Shown piece by piece: positions 22,801-31,791 of a DNA stretch of 31,791 nucleotides. The position numbers and the translations under genes were made by a program. Position 1 is the stretch's first letter. Each line of letters starts with the position of its first letter. Source of the DNA: Azolla caroliniana (lineage: Eukaryota > Plantae > Polypodiophyta); assembly GCA_043228905.1 (NCBI GenBank), contig JBHGNT010000360.1, positions 1 to 31,791 of the forward strand. Reading direction: 5' to 3'. The notes under the pieces were generated by a model. It searched no databases and had not been told where the DNA came from. It saw nothing but the letters and a program-made list of their open reading frames with translations.

Positions 22801-23321
22801 ATTGTCGAAATCTTTGTCATATCCTTTGTTGGAGTTTTAAGAGGCTCAAACTGTATTGTGACTTCAATGGTTCTTTTTCTCCAATCAATAGTTGGGTTAT
22901 GTAGCTCAAACCATGGAAGACCAAGAACTAGGGAGTGCTCTGGACTACTAATGATGTTGAATGAGATGACACTAGCCAAATTGCCTAGGACTACATGAAT
23001 TGGTTCAGACTCTTCAACTATATCACCTGATGCTATGGGGCGTCCATCAATGACTCCGACTGACACTGGGCTTGGGAGCTTATGCAACTGAATATTATGC
23101 ATTACAGCAAACTCACGATCCATGAAACAAGAGTTGGCTCCAGAGTCTAAGAGGGCAAAAGTTGGGACTCAATGGCACCTAGATGTGTTAAGCTCAACTT
23201 GTGCAGAGAAAACTAGACTAACTTGACCGGATGAAATGGAACCACAACTAGGGACGGACGTTACATGCCTAGGGCTGTCCAACCAAATGGCTCCGATTTT
23301 GGCCGGACTTACTCGTTTAAC
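19799..23321 (-). pseudogene. pol: Retrotransposon pol (protease, RT, RNase H, integrase, chromodomain), disrupted
   Basis: Protease ALLDSGA (DSGA at 23147-23136). RT: KLDLRGAYNLV, MPFDLTNAP, IYLDDILIYS. RNase H: EVDASDFALG, DKELLAI, ADALSR. Integrase: HDTPMAGH..C..C, NDRGPQF, GQSERTNQ, GPY. Chromodomain YEVVAILD...YLVDWLGY...TWEP. Several stops and frameshifts. Confidence 0.96.
23277..23321 (-). other. Putative -1 programmed ribosomal frameshift signal (gag/pol)
   Basis: G_TTA_AAC (23321-23315) in the gag frame, then a 6-nt spacer containing the gag stop, then an 11-bp stem GTCCGGCCAAA/TTTGGTTGGAC. The -1 frame is the protease frame. Confidence 0.75.
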
Positions 23322-24627
23322 ACATCATCTAATTGGCTCAAGACATCAAATGTATTTTTATGACAGGGACTACTAGGCCTACTTGGGTTACGAGAAGGCG
23401 GGGCAGAAATTGAGATGGGATTGTCATGAGCACTTATTTGGTTAACTTGTCGTCGTGGTTTATGTGGACAATTCACAACAATATGCCCTGGACCACCACA
23501 ATAGAGGCATAGACGATTCGCTCGTCGTCGTTGCTTTTCAGCATCCGATAATGGTCCTCGACGTTGTGTTGTCTCGATTTCCATTGGAGTAGGTCCTTCC
23601 ACCACACTTGACTTTGATACTTGGGGTGGAGTTGCAACCACCAAAGCATATGTTTCTGTTGGTCGAAAGTGTAACATTTGTTGGCGCTCAGAATGCCGCT
23701 CAAATAAGCGATTGTCACATCGCACGGCCCAGCTTACTGCTTCAGTAAGAGATTTTGGATCATCATGGAAGGTAAGAAGTAAATCCTTCACATCATTGCG
23801 TAGACCTTGACGAAATTGGTCCATTAATGTTACCTCGTCCCATGGAATATCACATGCTAGAAGGTGAAAATCTGCAGCATAAGCGGAAGCAGGACGATCT
23901 CCTTGTCGTAATCGCTAAATTTTGTTTATTGCAGTCCTCATACTATCAGTGTCTCCAAAGTTGGCTTGGAACTCATTAATAAACCCTTCAAAATCTTCTA
24001 ATAATGGTGAGTGCTTCTCTAGGAGTGGTGCAAACCACGCTAATGCGGTACCCGTTAACAAGGTACCAACTAGACCCACACGAGCAACATCAGTTGGGTA
24101 ACGGCTAGGATGCAATTTAATCACAAGTCGTACCTGATTTAAAAATCCACGAAATTGAGACCTTGTACCATCAAACTTGGCCAACAGACTAATCTTGGGT
24201 TCCTTCGGCGAGGTTTGAACTTCCGCCGCTTGTCGTTGCAATAGAGTAGTCTCCAATTGATGCACCCGTTGAGATAATTCTTCATATTGTTAGTTGGGTA
24301 ACGGCTAGGATGCAATTTAATCACAAGTCGTACCTGATTTAAAAATCCACGAAATTGAGACCTTGTACCATCAAACTTGGCCAACAGACTAATCTTGGGT
24401 TCCTTCGGCGAGGTTTGAACTTCCGCCGCTTGTCGTTGCAATAGAGTAGTCTCCAATTGATGCACCCGTTGAGATAATTCTTCATATTGTTGTACTTTCT
24501 CAGCACTTACTTGTTGTAGGTCTCCCATCAATCTTTGATTTTCATGCTCTAGTGCCACGAATTTGGTTGTTAGCATTTCGAGCTCGGAGAGAACACGCAT
24601 ATATTCTTGCTTGCTAATGGACTCCAT
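23309..24627 (-). pseudogene. gag: Retrotransposon gag (coiled-coil N-terminus, capsid, CCHC knuckle), disrupted
   Basis: EPKISLLAKFDGTRSQFRGFLNQVRL, RLRQG, FRQGLRNDVKD, GPTPMEI and LCLYCGGPGHIVVNC. Broken by a 200-bp duplication and an in-frame stop at 23915. Confidence 0.93.
24092..24491. repeat. Perfect 2 x 200-bp tandem duplication within gag
   Basis: agttgggtaacggctagg...ttcatattgtt at 24092-24291 and 24292-24491; no differences seen. Confidence 0.96.
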
Positions 24628-24707
24628 AGTTGCGATAGAAAATTGCTAGATTTGGTTGAATAAGGTTAAGATAAGAAGAAGAAGTTGGAGAAGAAGAAAA
24701 GAGATAG

Positions 24708-24718
24708 ATTCAGTTCAA
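24708..24718 (-). other. Primer-binding site, self-priming (Tf1) type
   Basis: TTGAACTGAAT lies 2 nt inside the 5' LTR and has no TGG tRNA-type start. It is complementary (one G:U pair) to ATTCGGTTCAA at 24913-24903, 33 nt downstream of the TATA start. Confidence 0.78.
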
Positions 24719-24720
24719 AC

Positions 24721-24771
24721 TGTCGTGACTTGAGAATAGGAGAGAGAAAAATAAGATGACAATAGAAGGTA

Positions 24772-24823
<52 letters not shown>

Positions 24824-25203
24824 ACACTAGAAATGGAAAGAGAATTTATATTATAAGAGAGCAAGGATTACAAAGAGTAGGCTAAGGGGCTACAAACTGC
24901 TGTTGAACCGAATGAGTTGTGATGAATGAATAGACACCTATTTATAGGTCCTTATGGAGTATTCTAGAATGTTCTAGAATATTTTAGATATTTATGATAT
25001 TTAATATAATCATGGAATATCCTAGAATGTTCTAGAATACTCTAGAATGTTCTAGAATACGCTAAATATCTTATAATAACTAATAATACATTTATTATAA
25101 CTATGCATCATATATGTTAGTATAATGGTTAAAGGTCTAACATATAGACCAAGACGTCTTGGGCTTGAATCCTTGTAAGGCCAAAATGTATGTCGTCATG
25201 ACA
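24721..25203 (-). repeat. 5' LTR (483 bp)
   Basis: Direct repeat of 19337-19800 with intact inverted termini. TATAAATA on the minus strand at 24946-24939; expanded (GA)n at about 24776-24818. Confidence 0.97.
24956..25060 (-). promoter_or_regulatory. Heat-shock element arrays in U3 of the 5' LTR
   Basis: aTTCtaGAAtgTTCtaGAAt (24961-24980) and gGAAtaTCCtaGAAtgTTCtaGAAtaCTCtaGAAtgTTCtaGAAt (25014-25058) are alternating nGAAn pentamers in phase, 15-110 bp upstream of the TATA box. Confidence 0.75.
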
Positions 25204-26593
25204 ATGGGAACAATAACTTCCTTTTATCGAATTTTCTCCAAACATACATCAATTGGATTTAGTCCTTTGATGTTGATGTATTATTCTAGCAACAAACCTC
25301 GTTAAAGGTTAGCATTCATCATGATGAGTCATACATACCATAAACTAAGGGATATGTAAATATATCTTGCATATTGCATGATTCAAGTTAAGGCCTCTAC
25401 TGCATACCACAATTTTACGCCAAGTAACATTAGCAATATCATGCATTTAGCCTTACTTGAAAGTTATTTCTATGTGTATTTCTAAACTCTAAGACTTTGC
25501 ATGTAAGTGCACTAAACCATGTGTATTTCTAAACTCCGAGATTTTGTCTACAAATAAGTATGAAAGCCCCAAAAGTTTATAGACTTCACAATCCCCAAAT
25601 GCATTGGTTCATTTACTAATTGATTAACCTTCTAATTGGCAAAAGACATCAAAATTCATTGCAAGAATTGGATCTTTTAAAGTGAGGCAGCATGTTACAT
25701 GCATAACTATAGCTTATCATCGTATAAGTTTTTCGTAATTTTCCTTAACCTTACGATAAGTATGTGTGGGTTGATTTCGAAAGGGATGAAGGTATCTATT
25801 GAATTACAATTATATGATGTGAGATAACTACTAAATGTGTTATCAATTGACCACTTCACATGAAGTAGTCAAGTATATGAACACACTAAGGCCCAAGCTT
25901 TCTATCTATGACAAAAGACTAGCTAAGTTCTTATCAAAAGAGGTTTGACTTATGTTGAGTTTATTTTAGTGTAGCTATATGGTTGTTAGCTATGCTCGTG
26001 CAATCCTTACAAAACCGAAGGCAAGGTACAACTTGTATCAACGCTTGATGATATGGAACATCAAGGTGGTTCAGGTTCATCTCACATTGTCATTGAGGGG
26101 TAATCTAGTTTGAAGCTTTCTAACATTTATTCTTAATTTGAAACTTTGAAATATATACTCTTTTTTCTATGTGTTGAGATAAGTGTGCATAAATATGTAC
26201 GTTTGTATGCATGTTCATTGGCATGCCTGTGTAATTCACTTATACACTCCCTTGGCTACCCCAATTGTTGCGAGGAAGCAAAATGTGAGGCTCGTATTAA
26301 CTACAAATGAAACAAACAATTGCAGTTAAGGCCTCGGTCACTAGTCTTCGGGTGTTTGAGAAGCAAATGGAGGCGAACATCTAGCTGACACTTGAGAGGT
26401 GGCCCTCCCTAGGGGAATTGCATAGTTTCCATGTCCCTTATCATCTTTTCTATCAATGTCTCTTACTAGGGTCCAATCAGCCACTATAGTTTCTGCCCAT
26501 TGCCTTCCATTCCCAACCTTGGTTTGTTGCCAATCGGATTCCTTCTATTCTTCTCCTCATCGAATTTATATTGTTTTCACCATTATATTCAAT

Positions 26594-26730
26594 TCCACAA
26601 CTTCGATTCTGTTGTGTGAGGACCACCATTCTTGACAATGACAATGTGGGCACATTCTCCACAACTTCGATTCTGTTGTGTGAGGACCACCATTGTTGAC
26701 AATGACAATGTGGGCACATTCTCCACAACT
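26594..26730. repeat. 64-bp tandem duplication (2 copies plus 9 bp)
   Basis: tccacaact recurs at 26594, 26658 and 26722; one mismatch between units. Confidence 0.93.
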
Positions 26731-28329
26731 ATTTGAGAGGTTTCCTTAATGGTTTAAAGCATCCTTTTACCTAATTCATAATCTTGGGACTGAGAATGGG
26801 GTCAGCAATCACAATCTCAAACTCATCATCACCTCCCGATCACTCAAAACCTGCAAGAAATATAGCATTTAATATATGAAAAGAGGAAACATTTGCTGTA
26901 GCAATATATAGAACTAAAAACATGTAAGAGAAAGGATTTGTACAAGCTCTCAAGGTCAAGCACCACAAAAGATAAGACATCCTGTTCAGAAACAAATACA
27001 TACATACTTTAGATGGTGTCACAAATCAAAATATGTCTTTAGTTAAAGTCACAAACAAAAATACAACAGTGTTAGTATCACATATCAATACAGGCCCACA
27101 TGTTAGTTCTAGGATATACTACTAGCTATTCTATAAAGGATATAACTGAAATCAAACTTGCAAAATTACCATACCTTTACTTCACTAAGCCACTAGCTGG
27201 TATAACATAGACAGGTTAGGAATGAGGCACAATAGGTTTTGTTTGTGGTAACAGTCTCAATTTGCCCCTTTCATGTGCTCAATTCTTCTATTGAAGTTTC
27301 CAATCACATATCTGAGGTGAGGAGCCACTAGTTATGCTCATAACTGGACAACACAATTTCCCCATTTCTACAAATAGAAAAATGTCGAGAACAGTTATTT
27401 AAACTGGCAGTCTTCTTGTCGGATGAACAAAAATAAAATAAAAGTTTGATGAATAATCTAACAATAACACATGAACTCGGATATCAAACAGTGCTGCGTA
27501 GCATTGGCATACAAACTTAAATGAAAAACTTATTATCGCCACAAAACTAAAATAAAATACTAAAAGTGTACTAACAAGTAAACAAGAAATACTCCGAACA
27601 AACGAACGAAGAAACTATATTGGAGACACAATATGTAGCATGAGAAAAACATGATTATATATGAACCAATGCACAAAAGTGTGAGAATCACCTTTTCCAT
27701 GCCTAATGCATGTTGGACTCTTAGAAAAAAAGAAAGGATTTTCTGGAACATTGTAGATGGAAACAACCTATTTGTTTTACAATGCATCTGGGGTAAGTAA
27801 AGTATGCAAGGGATTTTTCTAGAAAATTCTAGATGCTTGTATGATAATTATGTAACCCTAAACTCTTCTTGAAAAACAATATATTTATCATATTTTTATG
27901 GTCCTCACAACTTCCTCTTGCCATGATGTCGATATTGAGCTAGAGCCGGAGTAGTTAAACTAAGTGTGTAAGGATGAAATCAATGATTAATCCTGTTGAG
28001 AGAATACTTCCCAATTATAAACAAAATATACTCAAACATTAATCCTGTTTAGAGAATCCTGATTAATCTCTCAAACATTAGATTCTTTATGATCATCACT
28101 CTCAAATGGAGGAGATCACAATATAAGATTCTACACCAACTTACTTAATCACACACATATCTTAAAATCTAGCACTTAAGCAATTAATCACTTAAAAATT
28201 CTGATGTAATCATTGAATTATGGCCAATTTTGGTCTTAGAAGACGTTAATATGTCTTTCTTTCTTTCTATCTATCTCTTTCACTCATGTTCTTACACATA
28301 AAGTTTTGATACATCTCGCATCCTGAAGA

Positions 28330-28640
28330 TTGCAGATCCATTCAAGATGGAAGAGGGCAATTGAATCAACATATAATGACAAGCTTCAAGATATATCTTT
28401 AAGAGTAAAGAGAGTTCAGGATTACCGTCACCAATCTGAGGTACCTCTAAGGTATGACAGCAAGAATATTGGATGATTTTGGACAAGATCTTGCTTGAAA
28501 CATTGAGGAGAGGGACAATACTACGTGTGCCTGTGTCTTCCACCATGTCGATTGATGATCCGTGACTCGAAAGCCACCAAGATCTCTTCCACCTAGAAGA
28601 GCTCATTATCAGAGGCGCTGAGGTTCCCCTTATTTTCTTT
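28330..28640 (-). mobile_element. Small, very degenerate LINE RT fragment
   Basis: RSIVPLLNVSSKILSKII resembles RPISLLNxxYKIxxKI, and SLLLKIYLEA resembles LLKLDFEKA, in the correct order with deletions between them. Confidence 0.45.
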
Positions 28641-28875
28641 TACACATGGCAGCAAAGAAGAAGAAGAAGAAGAAAACAGAGTAGGGAAATAATTTAGGGT
28701 TAGGGTTTGAATGAAAACAAAAAATAAATAAAACTAGGAATTTGAACCTAAAACTTGGCATTAAAAAACAAATTGAATAGAAATGGAAATATGAAAATTA
28801 TATGGATTAATTGAGAGCTCTTACTTGCATCTCTCCTTAGTACTAATCTCCGACACAAACTTCCTTCTATATAGT

Positions 28876-29360
28876 TGTAAGTATCATTTGACACTCACTC
28901 TCCTTCTATTTTGCCCATATAATATCTCATGGTAAAGATTATACCGTAGTATTCTATACACGTGGATGAGAAAGTGTTATGAGGGTTAAACAAGAGTGTA
29001 AAGAAGGGAATGATTACTTTTAATCCTTGGGATTGAGACAACCCATTAAGGTCAAGTGTGAAGTTGCATGAGGGGCCTTAGGTCTGGCTATAAATATGAG
29101 GCCTAGCTACCTTTATTTTGCCACATTATTGACTACGTTGAGACTCTAAACTCATGGTGATCAAACTCTCATAGCGAGCACGCCAGTACCAGGTACGACT
29201 CGACGCCACCGTGGTGGTATGGCACGCCGATTGAGGCTCGAGTCCGTCTTAATCCCTTCGCTTGGGGGTGGTCGTGTGGATCGGCACCCTTCTTTCTCTC
29301 TCTCTCTCTCCAAGACCTCTCTATTTTCTAATAATATATATTCCTTATCTCATGCTTACA
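28876..29360 (+). mobile_element. Candidate solo LTR (485 bp) of an unrelated family
   Basis: Inverted termini TGTAAGTA...TGCTTACA, TATAAATA at 29089-29096, a GC/CpG-rich segment, then a CT-rich tract. Flanks atagt/ttagg match only 3/5, so the TSD is unconfirmed. Confidence 0.5.
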
Positions 29361-31047
29361 TTAGGATCTAGCTCTAATAGGTGGTATGCCCCTAAACATT
29401 GATCTTGAGATGGTCCTCAAGAAGAACTCTTGAGTAATACAGAACTTTCGATGAGAACACACAATAAGTATACCATCTTTACATCCAAGCACATGTGGAT
29501 GGTTTGGTTTTTTCCGGTCCTTTTTCTCTATCAAAATCCAACTCTAAAATTAACTCAAATGGGTGGTTGAGTAGTTGGATTGTCTTTGGATCTAGTTGGC
29601 GTTAATTGGACTCCTTGAAGCTCAAATGATGGACTTGTCCTATCTAATATGGTTATGATTTAGGCATTTCTATTTCAAGATTGTTGGGAGTCAAAAGTTA
29701 CTATGTTATTGCTTTGTTATTGCTTTGGCTCAAGTTGATAGTGGAGCATATCTTTATTTTGTGGATAGTATAGTCGCTTCTAAGCACACAATAATTAGAA
29801 TCAAACTAGAGCACCTAGGAGTTGGTGTGATTTATGGTTGCGAGATTTCCTCTAGAGAAGTTACATGATGTACTACATCCCTTTGTATTTATTTTTAATT
29901 AATATCAACGTTGATTAAATTTAGGACATCAAGAAGTGACCGCAATAAATGCTGACTAAAAATCAAAATGAATGAATGAAGGGTGAAGTGGTTGGAATTA
30001 ATTGTATGTTTGCAATGCTTAATTCCATATTTCTAACACAATCTTTGATTGTTTGGTGAATAAGCATAGAGCGTTTTGGAGAGGCTTATTTGGTATAGCG
30101 ATACCTACAATAACGTCCATGGGAAACTTTGTAGTGTAGATTTTGACGAACTGGTTAGTGAATTGACAACATTGGATAATTGCCCTAGGATGACATCATT
30201 CATCTTGATGAAAAAGTGTGGTGAACCGATTTGGATCTAGGATAACCCTAAGATAAACCCATGCTAGTTCCCATTAGTGTTATAAAGGGAATCCTTTGCG
30301 CATACACAAAAAGAGGGCATAGATGCATGGACAAACGAAAGGTATGAGTCCATTAATGATGTCAGTGAGTGAATGGATGATGATGGAACAATGATGTATC
30401 GAATAAGGTCAACTAACTCTAATAGAAAACAGAGGGTAAAACCTAAGCCCAACTCCAACTAATGTTCTCTTTCCAAGTCAACCCATTTTTCAATGGAGGC
30501 TAGAATATATGTTCTTATTATCGTCGATCTGACGAAAACAACTAACGAGCACAAGCGTGATATTTATCCATTTGAAAACTGACGGGGCGATAGCAAATTA
30601 TTCAAGTGGACTACACGATATGATAATATAAAAGCTTAGGCAAGGTTTCGGAAACGAGATGTCTCATCTAATCAATCGATAGTTTTCATTTGAAAGGATA
30701 TCCACGATTGAATGACGGAAAGAGTCGAGTTGACTTTCGTAATGATAATCATCGGTCAAACAAGCTAAAACCACTTCGAAGATTCTGAAGGTAGATAGAC
30801 GACAAAGAAGATCCGGGTTACAAGTACGCTATCCGATTATCGCGAGCGAATCGACGAAAGGGTCAAGGTGAGCAGCGACAACAGAATCATCACAGATTAT
30901 AATATATCGAAACGTGACAAGGAGCGGCTTTGACGGAGGCTGCAACGAAAGCATTTGTGGCGATCGAGCCAGCCGAAGCCAGAAAACATTTCCGATTCGT
31001 TAAAGATTAGAAGCTCTGGGAATGTTACGGAGAAAATGCTCTGTCGA

Positions 31048-31113
31048 TCTGAGTCTGGGTGTGGGTGTGGGTCTGAGTCTGAGTCTGGGTCTGAGTTTGA
31101 GTCTGCGTCCGAG
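31048..31113. repeat. Imperfect hexamer repeat (TCTGRG), about 11 units
   Basis: tctgag tctggg tgtggg tgtggg tctgag tctgag tctggg tctgag tttgag tctgcg tccgag. Confidence 0.88.
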
Positions 31114-31363
31114 AGACTCAGGGGAGTCATTCTGGGAACTCGACCCGCGAGATGAAACAAACTTTAAACTTAACCAGAGTTTGTGTGTGTGGTGAATGAA
31201 ATGGTCTCTTTTTTTTTTTTCATCGCTACACGTTAAGCTCACAAGACCCTCGAGTCAATCGATCTGTGCAGATTAGATAACATAAAAGGAAATCTCCCCC
31301 CTGCTCCTCCTACCTGAGACAATCAATGATCTATCTCTGAGAGAAAGAGGCATCTCCATAGAC

Positions 31364-31693
31364 ATGGTTTATCAATCCTTTACTCCTGACAATGTCAAGG
31401 GCCTTGCCCTCGCCTTAAGCTCTTGCATCTTCATTGGATCTAGCTTTATCATGAAAAAGAAAGGTCTCAAGAAAGCCGGTACCCTTGGTCTCTCAGCAGG
31501 TATACAAACATACTACTAACACACGCACACACACTTCTAATCTGTTTATGTTTTGTCTGAATGCATGAATTATGTATATGCATCATGTTGATCTCACATC
31601 ACTTTGTATGTTTCTGTTGTAAAAATATACTTATAGACTCTGGAGGTCATTCATACTTGCTGGAACCTCTTTGGTGGGCTGGAATGCTGACAA
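31364..31693 (+). CDS. NIPA: NIPA-family (DMT superfamily) probable magnesium transporter, exons 1-2 (31364-31499, 31637-31693); 3'-partial
   Basis: Spliced translation [64 protein letters not shown] matches the plant NIPA N-terminus (DNxxGLxLAxSSxxFIGxSFIxKKKGL...YLxEPxWWxGM). GT-AG intron 31500-31636; next donor GTAAGT at 31694. The symbol is family-level only. Confidence 0.93.
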
Positions 31694-31791
31694 GTAAGTA
31701 TTGTTTTATCTCTCTTTTCCCTTTTTTTGTCCATATTTTAGATGTTGAATGCATCTCTTTTTTGTTTTGCTAACAAGGCTATGAGGCTTGT

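Larger units (their letters stand above)
19337..25203 (-). mobile_element. Ty3/gypsy chromovirus LTR retrotransposon (Tcn1/Tf1-sushi-like), near full length, decayed
   Basis: Two LTRs with TG...CA outer ends (tgtcgtgac ... gtcatgaca). 5-bp TSD ATGGG at 19332-19336 and 25204-25208. Domain order gag-PR-RT-RH-INT-chromodomain on the minus strand. Confidence 0.97.

Noticed and set aside
24700-24720. tRNA-Met primer-binding site for the chromovirus
   Set aside because: No TGGTATCAGAGC-like or TGG-initiated sequence follows the LTR; self-complementarity explains the site better.
30897-31242. ORFs with SD/PH, ES/GC or RL/RP repeats
   Set aside because: Open frames on both strands are explained by the stop-free hexamer repeat; no domain similarity recognised.

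Overview
AT-rich eukaryotic, land-plant DNA; probably a non-seed plant such as a moss, which I infer from the Tcn1/Tf1-like chromovirus. There are two host genes: a three-exon R2R3-MYB transcription factor (+, 8312-9944) and the first two exons of a NIPA-family Mg2+ transporter (+, from 31364, running off the window). Between them is a nest of transposon sequence: (1) an old minus-strand LINE relic, part of which is amplified as a 4 x 293-bp tandem array; (2) a 5'-truncated plus-strand LINE; (3) a 434-bp hAT-type MITE with an 8-bp TSD, inserted into an older foldback element; (4) a near full-length but decayed Ty3/gypsy chromovirus (-, 19337-25203, TSD ATGGG); (5) a candidate solo LTR. The most interesting signals are cis-elements of the chromovirus: heat-shock-element (nGAAn) arrays directly upstream of the LTR TATA box, an 11-nt Tf1-type self-priming site in place of a tRNA PBS, and a G_UUA_AAC -1 frameshift site with a 3' stem at the gag/pol junction. 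Each mechanism is known in other elements; whether the combination is undescribed cannot be judged without database searches. All alignments and counts were done by eye.
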